Source: a virus (taxonomy: Duplodnaviria > Heunggongvirae > Uroviricota > Caudoviricetes). Taken from it: a stretch of 64,000 nucleotides of DNA. Position numbers and translations under genes: made by a program. The notes beneath the pieces were generated by a model. The model had not been told where the DNA came from. It was given only the letters and a program-made list of their open reading frames with translations, and made no database searches. Positions within the stretch are counted from its first letter, which is position 1. Each line of letters opens with the position of its first letter. Positions 1 through 7,425 of the stretch are shown here, piece by piece. The stretch lies in IMG/VR virus record IMGVR_UViG_3300035034_002381, positions 1-64,000 of that record; one strand, 5' to 3'.

Positions 1-186
1 AAAAACTTTACAAAAAGTAAAACTTTTTATAAAAATCTGTGTATACTTAAAACTTAAACAAATAATTTCGATGCAACAATCAATTTACATACAAAACTTT
101 TTCAACACTATTTTTAGTGTCCATGGGATTTATGTGGAAAAAGAAGAGGATTGGAGTTAACAAATATACAAGATATTTTAACATAA

Positions 187-222
187 GAAAAATCCCTTCT
201 ATTAATTTAGAAGGGATTTTTC
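187..222 (+). terminator. intrinsic terminator hairpin
   Basis: 10-bp stem aaatcccttc/gaagggattt (189-198/210-219) with a T-rich tail, just upstream of the first tRNA. Confidence 0.6.
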
Positions 223-228
223 TATTTG

Positions 229-302
229 GGGCCTTTAGCTCAGTTGGTCAGAGCAGTGCGCTCATAACGCAAAGGTCACTGGTTCGAGCCCAGTATGGCC
301 CA
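229..302 (+). tRNA. tRNA-Met(CAT), elongator or Ile2-type
   Basis: hand-folded cloverleaf: acceptor gggcctt/atggccc (1 mismatch), D gctc-agttggtca-gagc, anticodon arm gtgcg-ctCATaa-cgcaa, T actgg-ttcgagc-ccagt. Confidence 0.85.
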
Positions 303-308
303 CAACAT

Positions 309-347
309 ATTCAGATAAGGTTCTGGGTTCGAATCCCAGTCTGAATA
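309..347 (+). ncRNA. tRNA-like minihelix (acceptor-like stem plus T-arm only)
   Basis: 7-bp stem attcaga/tctgaat encloses taaggtt plus ctggg-ttcgaat-cccag; no D or anticodon arm; sits between two tRNAs. Confidence 0.4.
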
Positions 348-348
348 C

Positions 349-431
349 AGCACAAAGGCGAAACAGGTATTCGTAGCGGATTGTAACCCCGCTGTCTTTT
401 GACATTGTGGGTTCGAGTCCCACTTGTGCTA
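349..431 (+). tRNA. class II tRNA, anticodon GTA (Tyr)
   Basis: acceptor agcacaa/ttgtgct, anticodon loop ttGTAac, 14-nt variable arm tgtcttttgacatt, T gtggg-ttcgagt-cccac. Confidence 0.65.
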
Positions 432-436
432 CAAAT

Positions 437-510
437 AGTCATATAGCTCAATTGGTTGGAGCATCACGCTGATAACGTGAAGGTTATAGGTTCGAGTCCT
501 ATTATGACTA
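437..510 (+). tRNA. tRNA-Ile(GAT)
   Basis: acceptor agtcata/tatgact, D gctc-aattggttg-gagc, anticodon arm tcacg-ctGATaa-cgtga, T atagg-ttcgagt-cctat. Confidence 0.85.
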
Positions 511-511
511 C

Positions 512-586
512 GACGCGGATAAGGCACAGGTAGTCTTGACAGTCTGTAAAACTGTTATGTTATGGGTTCGAGTCCCATGCGCGTCA
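512..586 (+). tRNA. tRNA-like, anticodon GTA on a class I (short variable region) body
   Basis: acceptor gacgcgg/gcgcgtc (7-66 G.G), anticodon arm acagt-ctGTAaa-actgt, T atggg-ttcgagt-cccat; isotype uncertain. Confidence 0.55.
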
Positions 587-587
587 C

Positions 588-673
588 TGAAGTGTACCCG
601 AGCGGTTTGCAGGGACCAGACTGATATTCTGGGAGTATTTTACTCAACGTGGGTTCGAATCCCATCACTTCAA
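588..673 (+). tRNA. class II tRNA with Tyr-like D-arm but anticodon loop ctGATat
   Basis: perfect acceptor tgaagtg/cacttca, D ccc-gagcggtttgca-ggg, anticodon arm ccaga-ctgatat-tctgg, variable arm gagta-tttt-tactc, T gtggg-ttcgaat-cccat. Confidence 0.6.
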
Positions 674-679
674 CCATAT

Positions 680-753
680 CGCGGGGTGCCTGGAGAGGTT
701 CCAGATCGGGCTCATAACTCGAATTAACGTGGGTTCGACTCCCACTCCCGCAA
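680..753 (+). tRNA. tRNA-fMet(CAT), initiator-like
   Basis: C1.A72 mismatch (cgcgggg/tcccgca), anticodon arm tcggg-ctCATaa-ctcga, T gtggg-ttcgact-cccac, discriminator A. Confidence 0.8.
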
Positions 754-755
754 CT

Positions 756-828
756 AGGATAGTAGCTTAGTGGCAAAAGCACAACTTTTACATGGTTGAT
801 ATCGTGGGTTCGAGTCCCATCTATCCTA
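756..828 (+). tRNA. tRNA-Val(TAC)
   Basis: acceptor aggatag/ctatcct, D gctt-agtggcaa-aagc, anticodon arm caact-ttTACat-ggttg, T gtggg-ttcgagt-cccat. Confidence 0.85.
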
Positions 829-867
829 CAACATGGGGGAAGACAAAGGTAAATTTATTGAAGATTT

Positions 868-940
868 GGGGCTGTAGCAAAGTTGGTCTATGCGGTGGAT
901 TGAAGATCCATGGATGTCGGTTCGATCCCGACCGGTCTCA
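868..940 (+). tRNA. tRNA-Phe(GAA)
   Basis: acceptor ggggctg/cggtctc (three G.U pairs), anticodon arm gtgga-ttGAAga-tccat, T gtcgg-ttcgatc-ccgac. Confidence 0.8.
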
Positions 941-1020
941 CAAGATTAAAAAATAGAAATCATGAAAAAAACATTAGATTATCTTTAAAACCTAAAGATA
1001 TGAGCAATGGCATTGAACAT

Positions 1021-1093
1021 GGTGTACATAGCTTAGTGGTAGAGCATCGTCTTGTGGTGGCGAGGGGCGTGAGTTCGAATCTCATTGTACACC
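1021..1093 (+). tRNA. tRNA-His(GTG)
   Basis: extra G-1 opposite discriminator C, acceptor gtgtaca/tgtacac, anticodon arm tcgtc-ttGTGgt-ggcga, T gtgag-ttcgaat-ctcat. Confidence 0.85.
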
Positions 1094-1136
1094 CACTTTG
1101 GTCATTTTTGAATTTTGGATAAAAATTGAAAATAAC

Positions 1137-1166
1137 TAAAACTTTCTACATTTAGTATAATATAAC
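1137..1166 (+). promoter_or_regulatory. recurrent phage promoter-like motif (TAAAACTTT ... TATAAT)
   Basis: TAAAACTTT at 1137-1145 and tataat at 1156-1161, 35 nt upstream of the ATG at 1201. Confidence 0.5.
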
Positions 1167-1200
1167 CTTGGAAAATTAATAACTTAATCTAAACAAATCT

Positions 1201-2661
1201 ATGGTATTATTACAAATTATTGGAGTACTTGCAATTATTTTCGGTATTATTATGATGTTTTTACATCCTATTGCCAAACGAAAAGAACAGAAAATAATTG
1301 ACGAAAAACAAGCTGCCGAGGAGGCAAGAGAAAAAGGTCAATCATATAGACCTGATTTAAGATCATTAAGTAAACCTAACGCGTTTTCTTTATTATTTAC
1401 TAAAAGTAAATCCTGGTTAGTAATGGGATTAGGTTTAGTAGCAATACTAATTCAAGGATTATTCTTTTATAATCCTGCAGGGACTGCAACGGCAGTCCAA
1501 TATATTTGGGGTGGGGATGATCCTGTTACAACACAAGGGATCAAATTAAAATTGTATGGTAAAACGATACCCATCTCATTTGAGATAGCCATGCAGGATA
1601 TTATTGGTGAAAGCGAAGAATATGAAGAAGGAATTTATTATCGAAAAGGCCAACGAAGAGAATTTGCTGATGCGATTAAAGCAGATATTGCAGCATCTTT
1701 AATTGTTTCTGTTGATTACGCTAATGATTCTCTATTCTTGGATATGGCTGATAAAAATAGATCCGAGAAAAAATTGGTTTATGCTCGTATTTATCCAGTT
1801 TATGATCAAGCATTAAAGAATACTTGCAAGCTTATGGACGCCCAAGATTATATTTCCGGTGCATCCTCTCAGTTTGACTATTACTTGAAAGATCAAATGG
1901 AGAACGGTATGTATTTAACTGAGGAAGTTTATGAAGATGTTAAAACTATGCCTATGACTTTGGGTGACTCTCTATCAAGAACAGTTGCTGCGGGTGTGAT
2001 TAATGACGATAAACGTGAGAAGAAATATCGTATTCGTAAAGATCATAATGGTGAACCGATACGAGATGCATCTAACTCATTAAAGAGATATGGTTTAACT
2101 GTGCAACAAGCTGCTGTAACGAATATTGATTGGGAAGAATCCTTTGATGCTCGACTGCAACTACAAAAAGAACAAGTTGCACAAACTCAAATTGAGAAAC
2201 AAGAGGCGGAAAAGGAATACTATGCAACACAGAAAACTATTGCAAAGGGTGAAAGAGAAAAGGCTGAAGTGCGAGTAACATTGGAAAAGGCGCAGTTACA
2301 ACAAACGATTGCGGCGGAAACAAAAGCTAAATCTGCAAAATACAAAGAGCAGGAAGAGATTAATTTACTTGCTGCGGCTAAAAAGGAAGCTGAAAGAATT
2401 CGTGTGACTGCTGATGCTGATGCATATGAAATTATGAAAAAAGTTCAGGTAGGTATTACTCCCGAAACTGAGCTACAAATGAGATTGGATGCTGGAATTG
2501 CAGAAAAAGCGGCAATTGCTGGACCCACAGGTCTAAAACTACCTGATAATTTGACAATCATGACTATGCCAGGAAACGGAAAATCATCTGATGCTGGAAT
2601 TCTTGAATCAATTATCGGAGCCGAAATCTTAAAAGGTAACGGAAACATTAAAACAAAGTAA
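1201..2661 (+). CDS. membrane-anchored SPFH/band-7 (flotillin/HflK-like) protein, tentative
   Basis: 486-aa ORF; N-terminal TM helix LLQIIGVLAIIFGIIMMFL, a second hydrophobic segment, and a long Ala/Glu/Lys coiled-coil tail; family assigned by eye. Confidence 0.45.
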   Translation: MVLLQIIGVLAIIFGIIMMFLHPIAKRKEQKIIDEKQAAEEAREKGQSYRPDLRSLSKPNAFSLLFTKSKSWLVMGLGLVAILIQGLFFYNPAGTATAVQYIWGGDDPVTTQGIKLKLYGKTIPISFEIAMQDIIGESEEYEEGIYYRKGQRREFADAIKADIAASLIVSVDYANDSLFLDMADKNRSEKKLVYARIYPVYDQALKNTCKLMDAQDYISGASSQFDYYLKDQMENGMYLTEEVYEDVKTMPMTLGDSLSRTVAAGVINDDKREKKYRIRKDHNGEPIRDASNSLKRYGLTVQQAAVTNIDWEESFDARLQLQKEQVAQTQIEKQEAEKEYYATQKTIAKGEREKAEVRVTLEKAQLQQTIAAETKAKSAKYKEQEEINLLAAAKKEAERIRVTADADAYEIMKKVQVGITPETELQMRLDAGIAEKAAIAGPTGLKLPDNLTIMTMPGNGKSSDAGILESIIGAEILKGNGNIKTK

Positions 2662-2690
2662 AACTTTTTACTGTAAAAGGTATATAAATA
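2659..2690 (+). promoter_or_regulatory. TAAAACTTT ... TATATAAA promoter-like motif
   Basis: same bipartite motif, upstream of the ATG at 2715. Confidence 0.45.
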
Positions 2691-2714
2691 ATCAAATAAC
2701 AAAAACAAACCAAA

Positions 2715-3176
2715 ATGGTAGATTTCAACACAATCACAGAGAAAAACGAATCTGAAGCAAAAGCAAAATTCAGAGAAAATGGTACCGGAGTTAAAATGGG
2801 AACATTTGCTTCTGGTGACGAAAGCAAATGGGAAGATCTAATTAACACAGGTCTTTTCAGTAATCAAGCTATCAAAAACAGAATGCTTGACGTTGCACGC
2901 AGAATTAACACTATGTGTAATGACGAACTTTTAGGTAATCTTGACGTGGCTTTTACTGTTACTGATGCTCGTGATAATAAGGTGGAATTTACCTACATGG
3001 ATATTTATACTTTTTTACGAGCGGCATACCGTTACAGAAGTGAAACTAAGAATTATAGAGAAATGAAAGCTAGAAAAGCTGAACTTGAAAAATTCACTGA
3101 AGAAACTAAGACCGTAAAAGAAAAACGTGCTGAGGCACTCAAGGAACTTAAAGAACTTGAAAAGTCTCTTGCATAA
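2715..3176 (+). CDS. hypothetical protein with C-terminal coiled coil
   Basis: 153-aa ORF preceded by the promoter motif; no recognisable catalytic motif. Confidence 0.7.
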   Translation: MVDFNTITEKNESEAKAKFRENGTGVKMGTFASGDESKWEDLINTGLFSNQAIKNRMLDVARRINTMCNDELLGNLDVAFTVTDARDNKVEFTYMDIYTFLRAAYRYRSETKNYREMKARKAELEKFTEETKTVKEKRAEALKELKELEKSLA

Positions 3177-3334
3177 AAGTTTCTGTCTCTGGGAGACCTA
3201 ACACTGATGATGACAAGCGTCTTGAAAACCTATTTAATCCATAAACTTGGGAAGAAAATGAGAGTGAGTAACTCGAATGAATCGAATGTATGATTCAAAA
3301 GGTATTGGTAGGTTAATTCTTATCAATACCTCTA

Positions 3335-3428
3335 AAATTCTTCTTAGAATCCATAAAACTTAGCTCATTGGTTGGGCATTTGTATAAGAACAAAAGGAGC
3401 GGTTCAATTCCGTAGACTAGAAGAATTT
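3335..3428 (+). ncRNA. stem-closed tRNA-mimic RNA (Y-RNA/YrlA-like architecture), module 1
   Basis: 10-bp terminal helix aaattcttct/agaagaattt (3335-3344/3419-3428); encloses the CTTAGAATCCATAAAACT motif, D-arm-like gctc-attggtt-gggc, hairpin tttgt-ataaga-acaaa and T-arm-like gcgg-ttcaatt-ccgt. Confidence 0.4.
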
Positions 3429-3432
3429 AATT

Positions 3433-3556
3433 GCCGGGTTAGTGTAAGGGTCAACACACGTAAAGTAAACATAGTGAACTTTACGAATCACTTAGAATAA
3501 CTAACTATACAATCCATATGGAGGACGGATAACTGGTTCGAGTCCAGTGCCTGGCA
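3433..3556 (+). ncRNA. 124-nt tRNA-like RNA with a large insertion between anticodon-position hairpin and T-arm
   Basis: acceptor gccgggt/gcctggc, D gtgt-aagggtca-acac, 8-bp hairpin cgtaaagt/actttacg, 46-nt insert carrying CTTAGAATAACTAACT, T actgg-ttcgagt-ccagt. Confidence 0.4.
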
Positions 3557-3567
3557 CAAATTAAATT

Positions 3568-3620
3568 GCAGAGTGGTGTAGTGGCAGCACACGTAAACGC
3601 CGATTAGTGAAGCATTTACG
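3568..3620 (+). ncRNA. paralogous 5'-half tRNA-like fragment
   Basis: gcagagtggtgtagtggcagcacacgtaaa...tagtgaagcatttacg parallels the 5' half of 3433-3556 (D gtgt/acac, hairpin cgtaaa/tttacg); no T-arm follows. Confidence 0.3.
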
Positions 3621-3720
3621 TTACACTAAAAAATTGGCAAATCTCGTTCAAAAGAAATTTTCAAATGTAACAACAGAAATTGAAGATGTTGATGAATGGG
3701 TATATTTATATGTAAGAATT

Positions 3721-3752
3721 TAAAACTTTTTTCAAACTAAAGAATATAAAGA
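3721..3752 (+). promoter_or_regulatory. TAAAACTTT ... TATAAAG promoter-like motif driving the 3761-3894 RNA
   Basis: motif ends about 9 nt before the 18-bp terminal stem. Confidence 0.5.
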
Positions 3753-3760
3753 ACAATAAT

Positions 3761-3894
3761 ACCAATAAAAATTCGACTTAGAATACCTAAAACTAAAGTT
3801 TAAATTAGCTCATTGAGCATATTTTTTTTATAAATACGGTCTAGGTTAATCCCTAGAAATTCAAACGTTTAGTCGAATTTTTATTGGTTTTTTA
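3761..3894 (+). ncRNA. stem-closed tRNA-mimic RNA (Y-RNA/YrlA-like architecture), module 3
   Basis: perfect 18-bp terminal helix accaataaaaattcgact/agtcgaatttttattggt (3761-3778/3871-3888) followed by a T-run; encloses CTTAGAATACCTAAAACT, tagctcattgagca and T-arm-like tctagg-ttaatc-cctaga; has its own upstream promoter motif. Confidence 0.5.
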
Positions 3895-3900
3895 AAATAT

Positions 3901-3975
3901 TGCGGGGTGGACTGGAGTTGGATCCAGCTTGGTCTCATAAGCCAAATCACGGGAGTTCGAATCTCTCCCCCGCTA
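3901..3975 (+). tRNA. tRNA-Met(CAT) type, second initiator-like body
   Basis: acceptor tgcgggg/ccccgct with a T1.T72 mismatch, anticodon arm ttggt-ctCATaa-gccaa, T gggag-ttcgaat-ctctc. Confidence 0.75.
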
Positions 3976-4280
3976 CTTGTTAATAGGCATTTTATCAGTA
4001 ACACTGGAAGTTTTGGCCGAATAAATTAAAAAGTAAAATGTGTGTTCGTGTGTTAGTAAAGAGCTGCACGAATTAAATTTAATAAGTTCTGACTAGTGGT
4101 TTCGGTTTAATAGGGAAAGATACTTACCACTGAAAAAACTAAAATGTATACCCTGTAGATTTTCAATATTTATCTAACTAAATATTGCGTGTTAGAAAGT
4201 TCTAGATTAACTGTGCACAGGTTATTTAGTTCTTATAAATTTTAGAATGCACTTAACAATGTAGCGTTAATCTAAAAAAT

Positions 4281-4354
4281 GCCTCGGTAACTCAGTTGGT
4301 TAGAGTATCTGCTCGACATGCAGAAAGCCACAGGTTCGAATCCTGTTCGGGGTA
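4281..4354 (+). tRNA. tRNA-Val(GAC) with C at position 33
   Basis: acceptor gcctcgg/tcggggt (G.U rich), D actc-agttggtta-gagt, anticodon arm tctgc-tcGACat-gcaga, T acagg-ttcgaat-cctgt. Confidence 0.7.
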
Positions 4355-4384
4355 CTTATTCTACTTAGAATACTTAAACTTTAT

Positions 4385-4419
4385 AAATTGGTTCGATTCC
4401 AATTTTTATTGGTCTTTTT
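4385..4419 (+). terminator. T-arm-like hairpin terminator
   Basis: aaattgg-ttcgatt-ccaattt followed by ttattggtcttttt; its 3' flank repeats the aatttttattggt of the module 3 stem. Confidence 0.45.
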
Positions 4420-4528
4420 CTGTCAATTAAGTATCAAATAAATTTTTAATATATTGATTGATTTGAATATATTAAACAACCTCTCTTAGAAAATCTAAGT
4501 TAGAGAAGTTAAATCATCAAAAACAAAA

Positions 4529-6472
4529 ATGATGTCTACAAAAACAAAATCTTTATCAAAAGAAAGAGTTGCCTCTGTTTCAGGAGATAAACCAAGACTC
4601 CCAAGAACTCTTGAAACTCTTCAAGGTTTAAGAACAGCTCAAGGATTATCTGACGCGCAAATTGCGAATATGTTAGATAACGCATTATCAGAAACTTCAA
4701 GTAACCATATTATATATGTTCTTGAAAGATTAATGTTACACATTGGTGATGTGAGTCGACAACACAATATGTTGAAAGAATTGGGAATTAATTCTAAATC
4801 TGGTGGCGCACAAGAACGTGGGGTATTCCGATCTATTTTACGATGGTGGGAAAAAACTTTGCCTGAATCATTTGCAGAAAATCTTCGAGTATTCGCTGAA
4901 TTCTCAGTTTTGGAAAACTTGATGTTTTATGAACTTAAAACTGAAAGAGCAACTGGAAAATTAATTGGAAAGGAAATTTTGTTTCCTATGCCAAGTAAAG
5001 TACATGAATTTCTAGCGAACGAAATTCACAAAAATAGAAATGTGAATCTTATTGCTAAGCATTTACCAAAATATGACACTGGTAAAAGTCGAACCACTAA
5101 GAAAACCATGCATATTAAAGACGGTAAGGATAGTTTCATGTGGAAACTTCCTGAAGGTAAAGCTTGGGTTAAATTAAATGGTGATCTAATCGAAGGAGAA
5201 TCTGTTAAGATTACTCAAGGTGATGTAGTTTCATATCCTCGTGATAAATCTTCACATGTTTTAGAAAAACAAAGATTCGTTAATTCTTGGATTTCTAGTT
5301 TCTGTAAAGTTATGGGATGGTCAATTACTGATTATAACAATTTCCGTAAACAACAAAACACACCGGAACAAAAATTCTCAAGTAAACGTGTTTTAAACAT
5401 GCCGAAATCAGATTTCTGGAAAATGCTTGATGGTTTGACTTCTGGTCAAAGATACAGAGTTTCTAGAATGTTAGATTTCAATGCGGAAAAGTGGGGAGAA
5501 TTACCGAAATGGTATGATTTGTGGGAAGGTAACCAAGAAAAAGTAGCCGATAAACTTCGACAAGCTGCAGCTGATGGTGATACTGAAGCAACAGAAAAAT
5601 TGAAGAAAGAATTCAAGGTTAAATCTACTGGAAAAAACACTGTTGATTTATTGAAAGATATGTTAACAGGTAATCATGACGATAGATTCATTAACAACAC
5701 TTATCAATCTATGATTGAGAATATGGATATTGTTGCGAATGTTTTTCCAGTAATTGATGGTTCCGCATCTATGGATTGCCAAATTGGTGGAGGATGGAGT
5801 CCTCGAAGTTCTCGAAGTTCTACGGATAGACAACTTTCAAATAGAGCTGTCGCATATGCTATGGCAATTGCATTTTCTACTAGAAACCCAGTACCAGGAT
5901 TCCGTAACACGTTCGGATGGTTCTCCAGAAACTTTCACATTGTTGGAAAATCTAAGTATGTGAACAATGCACCTAATCAATACGTTGATTCTGGAAGTTA
6001 TACTAAAAAGGTTAATGAGTTCAATGTTTTATCTGAAACTAATACTTTCACTGAAAACTACTCAAACTTGAGAAAATCTGATCCAGGAGAAATATCATCT
6101 ACAAATATGGGTTCTGTGATTACTCACTTCACAAATTTAGTAGAAACTGGTAAATTTCATGTTGAGGATCTTCCATCTGCGTTACTTTTTATCACAGATA
6201 ATGAAAACAACACAGGAATTAGTCCGAAGGAAGCGTTGGCAATAGCTAACAAAATTGGATGGTCTCCATTGGTTATTTTCTGGGGGTTAACTAAAGTTCC
6301 AAGCAACATGATGAATCAGTATAAGGGAATTCCTAACTGCTTACTTGTTGGAGGATTTAATGAATCAGTACTTTCACAAGTACTTAGGGGTATTAAATCT
6401 GGTTCAGTTGATCCAGAGGATGAAATCTGGAGTATTGTCGAAAATAAAAGATATGCAGTAATTACTGAGTAA
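4529..6472 (+). CDS. Ro60/TROVE-like (or DUF2828-like) protein with C-terminal vWA domain
   Basis: 647-aa ORF; MIDAS-type DGSASM, SSTNMG, LLFITDNENNTG and VGGFNESVLSQV resemble, by eye, the Ro60 vWA motifs DVSASM, GGTDCS, TDNETFAG and CGFDTGALDV; helical N-terminal two thirds. Confidence 0.55.
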   Translation: MMSTKTKSLSKERVASVSGDKPRLPRTLETLQGLRTAQGLSDAQIANMLDNALSETSSNHIIYVLERLMLHIGDVSRQHNMLKELGINSKSGGAQERGVFRSILRWWEKTLPESFAENLRVFAEFSVLENLMFYELKTERATGKLIGKEILFPMPSKVHEFLANEIHKNRNVNLIAKHLPKYDTGKSRTTKKTMHIKDGKDSFMWKLPEGKAWVKLNGDLIEGESVKITQGDVVSYPRDKSSHVLEKQRFVNSWISSFCKVMGWSITDYNNFRKQQNTPEQKFSSKRVLNMPKSDFWKMLDGLTSGQRYRVSRMLDFNAEKWGELPKWYDLWEGNQEKVADKLRQAAADGDTEATEKLKKEFKVKSTGKNTVDLLKDMLTGNHDDRFINNTYQSMIENMDIVANVFPVIDGSASMDCQIGGGWSPRSSRSSTDRQLSNRAVAYAMAIAFSTRNPVPGFRNTFGWFSRNFHIVGKSKYVNNAPNQYVDSGSYTKKVNEFNVLSETNTFTENYSNLRKSDPGEISSTNMGSVITHFTNLVETGKFHVEDLPSALLFITDNENNTGISPKEALAIANKIGWSPLVIFWGLTKVPSNMMNQYKGIPNCLLVGGFNESVLSQVLRGIKSGSVDPEDEIWSIVENKRYAVITE

Positions 6473-6492
6473 TCTTAATTTTCAAATTACTA

Positions 6493-6522
6493 AGGAGAGG
6501 CATTTTTGCCTCTCCTTTTTTT
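6493..6522 (+). terminator. intrinsic terminator
   Basis: aggagaggc-attttt-gcctctcct followed by a T-run. Confidence 0.8.
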
Positions 6523-6527
6523 ATGTT

Positions 6528-6556
6528 TAAAACTATATCAATCTTAGATATATAAT
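6528..6556 (+). promoter_or_regulatory. TAAAACT ... CTTAGATATATAAT promoter-like motif
   Basis: near-identical 40-nt block recurs at 22859-22900. Confidence 0.55.
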
Positions 6557-6576
6557 ACAAATAAATTAAATTAAAT

Positions 6577-7140
6577 ATGAAAAATGTAAAAAACTTTCGT
6601 GAGTTTCTGAACGAGAATCGAGTCGAAAAGAGATTAGCTAGTCTGGACGCAGAATATACTATTGACAAAAAGTTGTGTAAACAATTAATGGATGTGGGAG
6701 AGCAAATAGATTATATATACAATAATTTAGATTTGCCACACTCTGACTTTGCCACTTCTAATTTTATACCACCCGAAATTGAAAACGATGATAAAACAGC
6801 GAGTGATTGGGTAGAATCTGAGAAGGCTCTTATAAGAAGTGAACTAAAATCTAAAGAATCTGAATATAAAAAAATTCTTAGAAAAATACAATCTAAACAT
6901 TCGTATATTAATGATGTAATTGAATATCTTAATCAAACTAATTTAGGTTTTACTTTAGAAAATACATTTATTGATAAAATAAACAGAAGAAATGATATCA
7001 TAAATACTGTTGTAATAAAAAGTTGGTATGGGTATGCTAAAGCTTCAAGAAAAGAATTAGAAAGATATAAAATAACACCTGAGCAACTTGCAGGTACTAT
7101 ATTATCAATGCGAGCAGTCGCTGATGAACTAACATATTAG
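6577..7140 (+). CDS. hypothetical protein with CTS-like N-terminal leader (MKNVKNFREFLNE)
   Basis: 187-aa ORF; leader resembles the T4 capsid targeting sequence MKTYQEFIAE. Confidence 0.7.
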   Translation: MKNVKNFREFLNENRVEKRLASLDAEYTIDKKLCKQLMDVGEQIDYIYNNLDLPHSDFATSNFIPPEIENDDKTASDWVESEKALIRSELKSKESEYKKILRKIQSKHSYINDVIEYLNQTNLGFTLENTFIDKINRRNDIINTVVIKSWYGYAKASRKELERYKITPEQLAGTILSMRAVADELTY

Positions 7141-7224
7141 TAATAAAGTACTAAGTGATATTTGTAAACAATTAAAAAATAAGAATATCGAATGTGGCTT
7201 TGATGATGCATTCGACCCTAGTTA

Positions 7225-7425
7225 ATGGAAAGTTTTAAAAGTATACTCGAATCTAAAGATTCTGATAAACTCGCAAAAGAGATCAATAATGCAATCATTA
7301 AAATTGATGATTCTATGTCATACAAAGATTTTGCAGCTGCAGTTATCAAAATAATGAAAGAAGAATACGGAGAACACCTATATACAGAATTCTTAGGAAT
7401 TTTACAAAAAAATCTAAAGAAATGA
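7225..7425 (+). CDS. small hypothetical protein (MESFKSILESK, weak CTS-like)
   Basis: 66-aa ORF; ATGA overlap with the next start. Confidence 0.6.
   Translation: MESFKSILESKDSDKLAKEINNAIIKIDDSMSYKDFAAAVIKIMKEEYGEHLYTEFLGILQKNLKK

Noticed and set aside
117-1122. Track ORFs 117-344, 536-727, 555-782(-) and 910-1122
   Set aside because: They run straight through hand-folded tRNA genes and translate T-arm repeats (WVRIP, GSSP), so they are artefacts of the tRNA array.
3976-4280. Additional tRNA or ncRNA in the 300-nt gap between tRNA-Met and tRNA-Val
   Set aside because: Only scattered hairpins are present (ttcgtg/cacgaa, a 9-bp aactaaata/tatttagtt helix, the palindrome ctgtgcacag). There is no T-loop or acceptor pairing, which is too weak to call without folding software.
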